From assembly GCA_963789955.1 (NCBI GenBank), contig CAWBMV010000022.1:32001-96000 (forward strand): a DNA stretch of 64,000 nucleotides, in the 5' to 3' direction. Each line of letters begins with the position of its first letter. Within the stretch, counting starts at the first letter, position 1. The notes beneath the pieces are model-generated. The model was given only the letters and a program-made list of their open reading frames with translations. It searched no databases and had not been told where the DNA came from. Shown piece by piece: positions 31,269-42,604 of this stretch. This stretch comes from an uncultured Candidatus Rokubacteria bacterium (GTDB taxonomy: Bacteria; Methylomirabilota; Methylomirabilia; Rokubacteriales; CSP1-6). A program made the position numbers and the translations under genes.

Positions 31269-34200
31269 TCCATCCCCTCGTGTGCTCGGCCGTTTCCGAT
31301 CGATCGTCGTCTCCGACGCCAGTACTCGTCTCAGTCCTCGAACGGCGAGCGGCACCGCCACGCCGCCGGCCACCAGCAGCCAGTCAGATCCGGACAGAAT
31401 CGTGGTGCCCAGGACTCGACGCAGCGGTGAGGCGGTCATCGCCGCGAGGTGAACCGCCAGGGTGCCGCCGACCGCGGTTTCCAGAGCCGGGAAGCCGTCG
31501 CGTCGCGAGAACCCCGACCGATAGTTGAGCGCGTGCACGAGCTGCGCCGCGGTCAGGGTGCAGAACGCGATCGTCGTGGCCTGCGGGCCGACGCCGTAGC
31601 GCGCGACGGCCAGACCGTGCACGCCGAGCGTGGCCGCCGAGAGGATCGCCGCGTCACCGCCGATCTCGACGAGACTCGCGCGGGTCAGGATGGGCTCGCG
31701 CGGGTCGAGCGGCGGGCGGTTCATGACGTCGGGCTCGGGCGGCTCCATCGCGAGGGCCAGGGCCGGGAAGACATCGGACAGGAGATTGATCCACAGATAC
31801 TGAATCGCCGACATCGGCCGAGCGACGCCGAGCGCCAGGGCGCCGAGCGTCACGAGGATCTCGCTGAAGTTCGTCGACAGCAGGAACCGCAGCGCCTTGC
31901 TGATGTTCGCGCGGATCGTGCGGCCTTGCTGGACGGCCTGCACGATCGAGGCGAAGTCGTCGTCCATCAGCACGACGTCGGCGACGTCACGCGCGACGTC
32001 CGTGCCCCGCGCGCCCATCGCGACACCGATATCGGCGGCGCGCAGCGCCGCGGCGTCGTTGATTCCGTCGCCGGTCATCGCCACCACGTGGCCGCCGGCC
32101 TGCAGCGCACGCACGATCTGATGCTTGTGAGCCGGCGAGACGCGCGCGAAGACGTCGACTTCGGCGACCAGCTCGACCAGGGCCGCCGGATCCAGGCCGG
32201 CGAGCTGCGAGGCCTCGATCACGCGCGGGATGCGCTGCCCGGTGGGATCGAAATCGCGATAGATCGCCGCCGCCGTCCGCGCCTGATCGCCCGTCAGGAT
32301 GACCGGCCGGATTCCGGCGCGCTCACACGCCTGGATCGCCTCGCGCACGCCCGGCCGCACCGGATCGCTCAGCGCGACCAACCCGACCCAGGTGAGATCG
32401 TCGTAGGTCGCTTCGGCGTTCGAGGAGATCTGCTTGAACGCGAACGCCAGCACGCGCATGCCGCCCGCGGCGATGCGCGCGTTGGCGGCCAGGATCTCGG
32501 CCCTCGATTCGCGCGTGAGCGGCTGGACCGTCTCGCCGTCGAGCCACGAGCTCGAGAGCGCCAGGACTTCCTCCGGGGCGCCCTTGACCGTCACGAGCCG
32601 CTCGATCGCGCTCTCCTTGTGAACGGTCGCCATCCAGTTGTCGCCGTTGCGGCGCGGACGAAGCTCCTGCAGCGGGTACTGGCGGCGCAGGGCTCGACAA
32701 TCGATACCGAAGTCGAGCGCGGCGGTGAGGAGCGCGGCTTCCGTCGAGCTGCCGCTGATGTCGTCGGAATCCTCGGCGAGCTCGGCCTCGTTGCAGAGGA
32801 CGCCGACCGCGAGCGCGCGCGCCAGGAGCTGGTCGAGCTCGCGCTCGCCCCGCGTGCCCCTCGGCGGCGCGAGATACTCGCGGCGACCGAGATGCCAGGC
32901 GGTGACGGTCATGCGGTTTTCGGTGAGTGTGCCCGTCTTGTCGAGACAGATCACGGTCGTCGCGCCGAGGCTCTCGACCGCCGCCAGGCGGCGCACCAGC
33001 ATCCGCTGGCGCATCATGCGGTGCATGCCGAGCGCCAGGGTGGTGGTGGCCACCGCCGGAAGGCCCTCGGGCACGGCGGCGACGGCCAAGGACAAGGCCG
33101 ACCGCAGCATCTCGATCGCCGGGACGCCGCGCAAGAGCCCGAGGCCGAGCGCCAGACCGCAGAAGCCGAGCGAGGCGGCGACGAGCTGGCCGCCCATGTG
33201 GTCGAGCTGCCGCTCGAGCGGCGTCGTCACCGTCGTCGTCTCCGCCACGAGCGCCCGGACGCGACCGATCTCGGTCTCCCGGCCGGTGCCGACGACGACC
33301 GCGATCCCCGAGCCCTCCGCCACGACGGTGGCGGCGAAGACCATGTTGAGCCGGTCGGGCAGCGGCGCCTCGGCGCCGCAGATGAGCGCCGCGATCTTCG
33401 TCACCGGCATGCTCTCGCCGGTCAGGGTCGACTCATCGACGCCCAGGTGATCGGCCTCGACGATGCGCGCGTCGGCCGCGATCGTGTGACCGGTCTTGAG
33501 GAGCAGGATGTCGCCCGGCACCAGCTCGTGAGCCGAGACCATCATCTCGCGCCCGTCCCGGCGTACGAACGCCGACGGTAGGCCGCCGTTCTGGAGCGAG
33601 GCGAAGACCCGCTCGACACGGCGCTCGGTCACGTAGCCCACGGCACCGTTGGCGGCGATCACTGCGCCGATGATCACCGCGTCGACCACGATACCCATGC
33701 CCAGCGACAGCACGGCGGCGACGCCGAGCAAGAGCACGGGGAGCGAGGTGACGTGACCGGCGAGGATCTCGAGCGCGGTCTTCGGCGCCGGCGTGGGCAG
33801 GCTGTTGTCGCCGAGGGCCGCCAGCCGTCGCGCGACCTCTTCGGCGCCGAGTCCGACTTCTGGGTTCGCGCCGAGCTCTTGGACGATCGCCGCGGCCGAC
33901 CGCGTATGCCAGACGCTGTCGACGCGCGCGGCTACCCGGGAATCGCCGTTGCGAGCCTCGCCGGCGTGGCGCGCGACGGCGGCGATGAGGGACCGAAGGT
34001 CGATCTTCGCGGTATCGAACAGGACGAGGATGTTGCCGGTCGTCGAGCTGGCGTGAACCTGTCGGATGCCAGGCGCTTCGGCGATACGCGCCTGGAGACC
34101 GGCGGCACTCGCGGGCCGGCCGCGGATGCCCTCGACGCGCAGACGCGCGCGACCGCGAACGGCGACGAAGACGATCTTGACGGTGGCCGGAGCGGTCGGG

Positions 34201-34286
34201 CGCGCGGATCTAGCGGACGGCCGGCCTCGCTTTGCGGTCGAGAATGAAGCCTTGCGTCTCGAGGTAGCGGTCGACCTCCGCTTCAT
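31269..34286 (-). CDS. P2-type (Ca2+/cation) P-type ATPase with an N-terminal HMA2-like domain
   Basis: VRGRARLRV...TTGNILVLFD N-domain; TGES, AAVPEGLP, DKTGT, KGAPE, TGDGINDA, LWINLLSD. No stop before the downstream repeat protein; start uncertain. Confidence 0.88.
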
Positions 34287-34359
34287 ACGAGCGATTCCGC
34301 GATGCCGCCGCCTCGAACAGCAAATCGGCGATCAGGCGCATCAGGAGTCGAGCGAGCAT
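34210..34359 (-). CDS. Small hypothetical protein (49 aa)
   Basis: GGGAGGGG RBS before ATG; MLARLLMRLIADLLFEAAASRNRSYEAEVDRYLETQGFILDRKARPAVR. Overlaps the predicted ATPase start. Confidence 0.45.
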   Translation of the reverse strand: MLARLLMRLIADLLFEAAASRNRSYEAEVDRYLETQGFILDRKARPAVR

Positions 34360-34460
34360 CACATCCCCTCCCAATCCATAGTCCGGGGGGTGTTCCCCAA
34401 TAACCACAGTATGAGACGAGTATGTCAGGTCGATGTCGCCCGGCATACATTCTAGTAACG

Positions 34461-36578
34461 TCACTCGGCCGGGGCAGAGGAGGCCGCGGCGCCGCGCGCC
34501 GCCGTCACGACGGCCGCCGCTACCGTCGTGCCGTGGCTCAAGAGGATGCTCGTGAGCGGTCGCGCCCAGCCGAACGACGCAAGCCCCACGACACCCAGAT
34601 TGGCACGCGCGGCGACCCCCAGAGTCTGACGCACCGCAACAATGCTTTCGCGCGCCAGATCGATGGCCCGTACCACCCGGTCGAGCCCGCCCGAGAGCAG
34701 GACGATGTCGGCGGCTTCGGCGGCGACCGCGGCGCCGCCGGGCACCGCCATCCCGACGTCGGCGGCCTGCAAGCCCAGCGCGTCGTTGACGCCGTCGCCG
34801 ACCATCGCGACGACGCGACCCTCGGCCTTGAGCTCGCGCACCAGACGTGCCTTGTCCTCGGGCAAGAGCTCCGCGTAGTAGTGTCTGAGCCCGAGCGACT
34901 CAGCGATCACCCGGGTCGGCTCGGGGTGGTCGCCGGACAGCATGATGACGTTGCGCATCTTGCGGGCTCGGAGGGCGCGCACCGCCTCCGGCGCGTCGTC
35001 GCGCAGCTGATCTTGGAGCTCGAGCATTCCGGCCAGACGATCGTCGATCGCCACGAAGATCGGCGAGGCGCCGACCGCGTGCGCCGCGGTCTCGTCCTCC
35101 CGGCCGCGCTCGAGCCGGATGCGCTGCTGCTCCATGAACCGCCGACTGCCGATGAGCACGCGGCGGCTTTCGACACGAACGTCGATGCCGAGCCCGAGAG
35201 CGGACTCGATGGTGGTGGCCGGCGGCACGACGATTCGGCGGTCGCGCGCGAGCCGGCCGACCGCTCGGGCCACCGGGTGTGTGAACCTCTGCTCCGCGGC
35301 CGCGCTCAGGCGGATCAGCTCGGCCTCGTCGAGTGCGCGCTCGTAGGAGACGATGCGAGTCACATGGAGTGTCCCGGACGTCAAGGTGCCGGTCTTGTCG
35401 AACACGATCGTGTCGACGCGTGCGAGGCGCTCGAGTGCCCGCGGCCCCTTGACGAGGATGCCTTCGCCCGCCGCTCGCCGGAGCGAGGTCAGGATGGCGG
35501 TCGGGATTCCCACGCGCGCCGCGGTGCCGTAGTCGGCGACGAGGATCGCCAGCGCGGCGTCGAAGCTTCGCGAGAACGCGCCGCCAAGACCGGCCAGCGC
35601 GAGGGTGCGCCAGACTTCGCGATCGGCCAGCCGCTCGGCGAAGAGCTGGATGTCCGGCTTCTCCCCGGCGGCGACCTCGATGGCGCGCACGATCCGGCCC
35701 ACCGCCGTGTGGGGCCCGAGCTGCTCGGCGCGGATCTCGATCTCGCCCTGCTCGACCGTGGTGGCCGCGAAGACGCGGTCGTCCGCGAGGCATTCGACCG
35801 GCAGCGCTTCGCCGGTCATCGACTGCTGATTCACCATCGCCTCGCCGCGGACGATCGTGCCGTCGACCGGGATTCGCTGACCCGTCGTGACGACCACGAT
35901 GTCTCCCGCCTCGAGCGTGCCGACGTCGACCGATTCGCGGTGGTCGCCGGTCCGCCGCGTCACGACCCGCTCGGGCATCCCGACGACGTCGCTGAGCGAT
36001 GTCCGTGCTTTCACGATGCTGCGCGCCACGACGAGCTCGCCCACGGCGCGCACCCACGTCAGGAGCGCGGCGGACGTGAGGTTTCGCCGCGCGATCAGGA
36101 GCCCGAGCGTCGAGGCCTCGAGCACGTCTCCGTTCAGCCGCCGGCGAGTGGCGAGCGTGGCGCCGGCTCGGAGAAACGCCGGTGCAGCCGACGCCAGCAG
36201 GAGGCCGGCGGTGACGGCCTGCGGCACCGGCAGGCAGCACGCGGTGACGAGCAGCGAGGTCGCGCCGATCACCTTCAGCACCGGCGCCGACGGGAGTGTC
36301 TGACGCTGTCGCCGAGGGGCGTGCGCCAGGATCGATTTCGACGGCGCGGCCAGCTCCGCCATCATGCGGTCGAGCCGGTGGATGATCGCGTCGGCGGCGA
36401 GGCTGTAGGGATCGTAGTCGATGCGCAGGCTGCCGGTCAGCGGGCGACCCTGCACCGCTCGAACACCTGGCAACGTCTTCAGCTCGGACTCGATCACCGA
36501 GTAGCGCGGCTGCAGCCACTGCGCCGGGTAGCGGACGCGGAGACGCCCGCGGACCGAATGGACGATCGTGCGGTGCAT
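34461..36578 (-). CDS. P1B-type heavy-metal ATPase, FezB/P1B-6-like, with an N-terminal HMA2 domain
   Basis: HSVRGRLRVRY N-terminus, MTGE, DYGTA in place of CPC, FDKTGT, HP, GDGVNDA. Confidence 0.85.
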   Translation of the reverse strand: MHRTIVHSVRGRLRVRYPAQWLQPRYSVIESELKTLPGVRAVQGRPLTGSLRIDYDPYSLAADAIIHRLDRMMAELAAPSKSILAHAPRRQRQTLPSAPVLKVIGATSLLVTACCLPVPQAVTAGLLLASAAPAFLRAGATLATRRRLNGDVLEASTLGLLIARRNLTSAALLTWVRAVGELVVARSIVKARTSLSDVVGMPERVVTRRTGDHRESVDVGTLEAGDIVVVTTGQRIPVDGTIVRGEAMVNQQSMTGEALPVECLADDRVFAATTVEQGEIEIRAEQLGPHTAVGRIVRAIEVAAGEKPDIQLFAERLADREVWRTLALAGLGGAFSRSFDAALAILVADYGTAARVGIPTAILTSLRRAAGEGILVKGPRALERLARVDTIVFDKTGTLTSGTLHVTRIVSYERALDEAELIRLSAAAEQRFTHPVARAVGRLARDRRIVVPPATTIESALGLGIDVRVESRRVLIGSRRFMEQQRIRLERGREDETAAHAVGASPIFVAIDDRLAGMLELQDQLRDDAPEAVRALRARKMRNVIMLSGDHPEPTRVIAESLGLRHYYAELLPEDKARLVRELKAEGRVVAMVGDGVNDALGLQAADVGMAVPGGAAVAAEAADIVLLSGGLDRVVRAIDLARESIVAVRQTLGVAARANLGVVGLASFGWARPLTSILLSHGTTVAAAVVTAARGAAASSAPAE

Positions 36579-36585
36579 GAGCCGG

Positions 36586-37116
36586 CTATCGCCCGGGAGG
36601 CGGAGCGGTGTAGTCGCGGAAGAGCCCGTGGGCGTACCAGAGCGCCGACGTCCACGAGAGCGATGTGACCGGGCCGCGCAGGAGCTGCCGGCCCGCCCAG
36701 AGGACCAGGCCGACGGAGACCAGCATCCCGAGATCGAGCCGTCTGCGTGTGCGCTGCGTGACGCGCTCGTTCAGGCTGCTGAACGTGCCGACGATCGCCG
36801 TGGCTACCGGGGACTGGCCTTCTTCGGCGCGGGAATCGGCGCTGGGCGCCGGCGGGTCCACATCGGCGTGCTCGGCCACCGCTCGCACGATCTCGGCCGG
36901 CGTGAGCACGCCGGCCTCGTAGCAAATCAGGAGGCTTCTCGTGCGCGGCGACCAGACGGAGCTCTGCGCTCCGTGCAATCCGTCGATCACCCCCTGAAGG
37001 CCGGTGGTGCTCGCGCCTGGCGGCAATCGCAGCCGCAGGCGCCCGGGGATGTCGTGGACGATGCGAATCGCGCGAGGGGCGTCCGCCCACTCGTCCAGGC
37101 GCGTTACCGCCGACAT
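36586..37116 (-). CDS. HMA2 domain plus TM protein, FezC-like
   Basis: VHDIPGRLRLR...PRTRSLLICY; C-terminal DLGMLVSVGL..W..RQLLRG....SWTSALWYA. Confidence 0.7.
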   Translation of the reverse strand: MSAVTRLDEWADAPRAIRIVHDIPGRLRLRLPPGASTTGLQGVIDGLHGAQSSVWSPRTRSLLICYEAGVLTPAEIVRAVAEHADVDPPAPSADSRAEEGQSPVATAIVGTFSSLNERVTQRTRRRLDLGMLVSVGLVLWAGRQLLRGPVTSLSWTSALWYAHGLFRDYTAPPPGR

Positions 37117-37117
37117 C

Positions 37118-37444
37118 TCAGGAGACGCGACGCCGGCCGCCGTTGCCCCGCCGCCGCGTCCCGACCCGCTCGGCCTCGTCGCCGACACTCGCGACTTCGT
37201 CCGCGGCCTCGACGTGATGGCCGTTGCCCCCGGCGAGCAGCTGCTCCTCGCGTCGCGCCCGGGCTTCAGCGACGATGTCCTCGAACGTTTCCATCTGTTC
37301 GGCGGCGAGACGGCGCCCCTCCTCGATCACCCCCATGCCCGCGACCGCGGCCTCGACGGCCAGCGGGCGGAGGACCCGGGTGAAGAGCGGAACGACGAGC
37401 GCGGCGCCAAGCCCGAGAAGAAAGGACGTCGGATGGATTTGCAT
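37118..37444 (-). CDS. DUF5132/FezA-like small membrane protein
   Basis: Gly-rich hydrophobic N-terminus FLLGLGAA, LRPLA, then AAEQMETFEDIVAEARA. Confidence 0.75.
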   Translation of the reverse strand: MQIHPTSFLLGLGAALVVPLFTRVLRPLAVEAAVAGMGVIEEGRRLAAEQMETFEDIVAEARARREEQLLAGGNGHHVEAADEVASVGDEAERVGTRRRGNGGRRRVS

Positions 37445-37507
37445 CGGGGCCCTCCTGATCTGGCGTGGAGGCTACCAGCCGGGCTACCGTGTAATTGCTA
37501 CGTTTGT

Positions 37508-37525
37508 GTTACGCCCTTGCGTAAC
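37508..37525. promoter_or_regulatory. Palindromic operator candidate in the divergent promoter region
   Basis: GTTACGC-CCTT-GCGTAAC perfect 7-4-7 inverted repeat in an AT-richer intergenic region. Confidence 0.45.
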
Positions 37526-37637
37526 TCGTTTCGCGGTGTGAAAAACGTCATGCCGCGTGCCGAGCGAGCGTTTGACGGGCCCGCGCCGAGCTTCCACAAT
37601 GTCACTATCTCACGAGGTGCTAGAGGGGGGTTCACCG

Positions 37638-38129
37638 ATGCCAAGACGAGCCACGAGTCGCACGCGTATAGCACCCACGTCGGTTCCCGCCACCAGGATT
37701 GTCGACGACGCCCGCATACCTGAAGCCCTGCGCACGACGTTCCGGGGCGCGGAAGCGCTCTCGACCGGCCTGGTTCACGCCCTGACCGAGACGGTCGTCA
37801 GCGCGGTTCGAGGCGCCCAGGAAGTCGGCGCCGAGCTTGGAACGACCGCGGTCAGCGCCGTTCGCGGATCGATTCGCGCCGCCGAGGAGATCGGCGGCGA
37901 TCTCGGACGACTCGCGATGAGCGCGACCAGCGGGGCCGTCGGCGCCGGCCGGGAAGTCGGCGGCGAGGTCGGCCGAGCGGCCGCCGGCGCGGCACAGAGC
38001 GCGGCCAGCGCCGTCCAGCGAGCCGGCTCGGGCGCCGCTCGGATGATCGGGTTCTCGGCCCGGCGTCCGCTGCAGAAGGTCGAGCGCCCGCGGCGTCGCC
38101 GCCGGGCGCGTCGCGTCTCAGCGGCGTGA
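37638..38129 (+). CDS. 22-aa-repeat amphipathic protein, paralog of 30603-31268
   Basis: Shares AVRGSIRAA.EIG.DLG; GAGGGGGG RBS; poly-Arg tail. Confidence 0.7.
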   Translation: MPRRATSRTRIAPTSVPATRIVDDARIPEALRTTFRGAEALSTGLVHALTETVVSAVRGAQEVGAELGTTAVSAVRGSIRAAEEIGGDLGRLAMSATSGAVGAGREVGGEVGRAAAGAAQSAASAVQRAGSGAARMIGFSARRPLQKVERPRRRRRARRVSAA

Positions 38130-38137
38130 GCTGAGCG

Positions 38138-39544
38138 CTACGCCATCGCGGCCAGGCGCGCCAGCAGCGCCCGCAGGGCGGGATCGTCCGCGCCCTTGGG
38201 TTTGATGCGCGCGAACTCGTCGCGCTCCTTCTTTCGCCAGAGGGGCGGCTTGGTGGCATCGATCGCCATCTTGCCGCCCACGCGCATCACCGTCACCTCG
38301 GAGCGGTCGACGTTCGGCGCCGAGATGTCGAGCGGATGGATGCGCTCGTGCGGGATCATGATGACGTCCCGCTCGGGGTTCACGCGCGTCGAGATCGCCC
38401 AGAAGAGCTCGCGCGGGTCGTAGATGTTCACGTCCTCGTCGACCGCGATCGCGATCTTCGGGTGCAGATACGGGCTCGACAGCACGCCGAGCAGCACGTC
38501 GCGCGCCTGACCGTCCCAGCGCGGCGTCATCTGCACGAACACGGTGAACATCGTGACCCACGGCGGAATGTAGACGTCGTGGATCTCGCTGCGGCCGTGG
38601 ATCTCGCTGAGCCGCCGGTAGAGGCTCGCCTCCATCGGCACCGAGACCAGCGGCTGGTGGTCGGTGAAGACGGTCGCCTGCATGTGGCGATAGATCGCGT
38701 CGCGGCGCCGCGTGATGCCGGTGACCTCGAAGACCGGCGCCGGCCCCTCGGCGCCCTTGCTGTAGCCGGTGAATTCGCCGAACGGCCCTTCGGGCTCGCG
38801 CACGCCCGGCGGCACGACGCCCTCGATCACGATCTCGGCCTGCGCGGGGACTTCCAGGTCGATCGTCTCGCACTTCACGAGCTCGACCGTCTCGCCGAGC
38901 ACGCCCGCGCCCATCTCGAGCTCGTCGTAGCCCTCGTGCCGGCCGCTGAAGTTGGCGAGGATCTCGTAGCCGGGATGCAGGCCGATCGCGAACGCCATCG
39001 GCGCCGGCAGGCCGCGCTCCTGGTATCTCATGAGGTGCGCCCAGTTGTGGCGCGCGGCCATCCAGAAGCCCATCTTGCGCGGCCCGCGAACGAGCGCCCG
39101 GATGATCGCCTCGTTGCGGACGCCCGTTTCGGGATCGCGGGTGATCGTGACGCCGGAGCCGAGGTAGCGGCCCGCGTCGCCCTCGGAGTGGATCGGGATC
39201 GGGAGCTTGGTGATGTCGGCGTCGGCGCCGAGGAGCTTCACTTCCTTGCACGGTCCGTCGGGCACGAGCTTCGAGCCGCCGGGTACGCGCGTGAACATGC
39301 GGTCGGAGAGCTCGCGCACGACGTGCTTGGGCGTGGTGCCGAGGGCCTTGGCCTGGCGCGCACGGTCCTTCACGAGGATGTCGCAGAGCGACCAGCCCCG
39401 GAAGCCCTTGAGCCGGCTCAGCATGATCGGCCGGGGTGCCGCCGAGCAGAGCGCGCCGGCCTGGGTGATCGGGTCGATCTCGTCGTCGACACGGATCAGG
39501 TCGTCGCCGAGGGATGCGAGGAAGTCTCTCAAGTTCAGCGCCAT
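38138..39544 (-). CDS. UbiD-family (prFMN-dependent) decarboxylase
   Basis: LPIPIH...DAGRY, EIVIEG, EGPFGEFTGY, VDEDVNI.D, WAISTR, KMAIDATKP. GGAGG RBS before ATG 39544. Confidence 0.9.
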   Translation of the reverse strand: MALNLRDFLASLGDDLIRVDDEIDPITQAGALCSAAPRPIMLSRLKGFRGWSLCDILVKDRARQAKALGTTPKHVVRELSDRMFTRVPGGSKLVPDGPCKEVKLLGADADITKLPIPIHSEGDAGRYLGSGVTITRDPETGVRNEAIIRALVRGPRKMGFWMAARHNWAHLMRYQERGLPAPMAFAIGLHPGYEILANFSGRHEGYDELEMGAGVLGETVELVKCETIDLEVPAQAEIVIEGVVPPGVREPEGPFGEFTGYSKGAEGPAPVFEVTGITRRRDAIYRHMQATVFTDHQPLVSVPMEASLYRRLSEIHGRSEIHDVYIPPWVTMFTVFVQMTPRWDGQARDVLLGVLSSPYLHPKIAIAVDEDVNIYDPRELFWAISTRVNPERDVIMIPHERIHPLDISAPNVDRSEVTVMRVGGKMAIDATKPPLWRKKERDEFARIKPKGADDPALRALLARLAAMA

Positions 39545-39628
39545 GGTCGCCTCCTCTGACTTCAGGTGCCTTGTAACACGCCACATCGCGAAGTCAATCC
39601 GGCCCGCCGGAAGTGATATCGTCAGTCG

Positions 39629-40926
<1,298 letters not shown>

Positions 40927-41103
40927 TCTGGAGATGTCTCGACAGGTTGTAGAATTCTCCGCACGCGACCCGGCGCGTCGTCGACAAGCCGACGCTCTCC
41001 GCCAAGCGCGCTCGAGCGCCACGATCCTTGTCATTTCAGCAGCTTGCGGAGCGAACAGTCGACGGGCGCGCTTGCGATCGCGAAAGACCTGAGAAAGGCC
41101 GCG

Positions 41104-41345
41104 ATGAGCCAGCGTGCAGTCGAGCAGGCGCTGGGGCAGATGGTGACCGACGAAGCATTTCGCCGTGAATTCTTCCGCGATCCGGAGCGCGCGAGCCTGG
41201 CAGGCCGGTCTCGATCTCTCGCCCGCCGAGGTAGAGCGCCCTCCAGCGCGTGCCTCGCGCGATGCTGGCGCAGCTCGGCGCGAGCCTCGAGGGCCGCATC
41301 TGCCGGCTCGCGATGCCGGAAGAGACGCAGGAGGCGCACTCGTGA
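41104..41345 (+). CDS. Os1348-like / NHLP-clan (nitrile hydratase leader-like) small protein (frameshifted)
   Basis: MSQRAVEQALGQMVTDEAFRREFFRDP....AGLDLSPAE..ALQR...LEGRICRL, reconstructed across 2 indels. Confidence 0.6.
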
Positions 41346-42602
41346 TGATGCGGACGACTCGCAGACACTGGACTCGGCGCGCCGGCGCCGGGCTGACGCT
41401 CACTCGCGGCGTGGCCGCTGGCCGCGTGCACGAGCTACCGAAGCCGATAGCCGCACGACGGCGCCCCGCGTCCGCTGGCGATCGTGATCGAGATCGGTCG
41501 CGGCCGAAGCGCGTGCGCTTCCGCGCGCGCTCGAGGTGACCGGCACCTTGAACGCCGACGCCGAGACCGACGTCGCGGCCGAGACGTCAGGCCCGTGTGC
41601 TGCGTGTCGACGCCGAGCGAGGTCAGGTGGTCGATGCGGGCGCGGTGCTCGGCGAAGCTCGACGAGCGAAGATGCGCCGCAATCAGCTGGCCGAAGCCGA
41701 GGCGGTCGAGGCGCAGACGACGGCGAAGCTGGGTCTGGCGCCCGGTCAGCCGTTCGACGCGCTCGTGACGCCCGAGGTGCGCCAGGCGCGCGTGATGCTC
41801 GAGCGCATGGAGCTCGAGTACCAGCGCTACGAGCGACTCGCGCAAAGACGATCTCGTCTCGCATTCGGACCACGATCTGCAGCGCGCCGATTATCTGGCG
41901 CAGAAGGAGCAGTTCAACGCCGAGGTCAACGAGCGCGCGCCAGATCTACCAGACGCTGCTGGCGCAGCGGGCCCGGGTCGCGATGGCGCGCAAGGCCGTG
42001 GCCGACACCGCGGTCCGCGCGCCGTACGCGGCGGTTGGTCGCCGAGACGTCACGTGCACGTCGGCCAGTACGTGCAGCGCGGGACGAAGATCGCCACGCT
42101 CGTGCGCGTCGATCCGCTGCGCGTCGAGCTGGCGGTGCCGGAGGCCGCCGTGCCGTCGGTGCGGCGGGGCCAGAAGGTCGCCTTCGCCGTGCAGACCTAT
42201 CCCGGCCGGACCTTCGAGGGAACCATCGCCTACGTCGGGCCCGCGCTCAAGGCCGAGTCGCGCGCGCTCGTGGTCGAGGCGCTCGTGCCGAACGCGGCGC
42301 GGAGCTGCAGCCCGGCCTCTTCGCCACCGCGCGAATCGAGCTGCCGGCCGGCGCTCCGACGCCGTTCGTGCCGGTGTCGGCCGTGCGGACCGAGAGCCGG
42401 GTCTCGCAGGCTGTTCGTGATCAAGAACGAGCGCGCCGAGCTGCGACTCGTGCAGCTCGGGCAGCGGACGGGTCAAGCGCGGCAGTTCGAGATCGTCGCG
42501 CGGCCTCGTCAGCGGCCGGCGAGGGCGTGGCCGTGCGCGGCGGCCCGCCAGCGCTGAGCGGACGGCAGTCGCCGTGTGCGGGGCCCGAGAGGGAGGCGCT
42601 AG
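41345..42602 (+). CDS. RND efflux periplasmic adaptor (heavily frameshifted)
   Basis: VTGTLNADAETDVAAE, VRAPY, GQYVQRG, DPLRVELAVPE, LQPGLFATARIEL fragments. Confidence 0.7.
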
Positions 42603-42604
42603 CG

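Noticed and set aside
37547..37563. Possible minus-strand sigma-54 promoter for the fez-like operon (CGGCACGCGGCATGA)
   Set aside because: The -12 GC is missing.
41060..41080. Possible sigma-54 promoter before the NHLP-like gene (GGGCGCGCTTGCG)
   Set aside because: GG-GC spacing is wrong; it lies in the indel-rich zone, so it cannot be supported.
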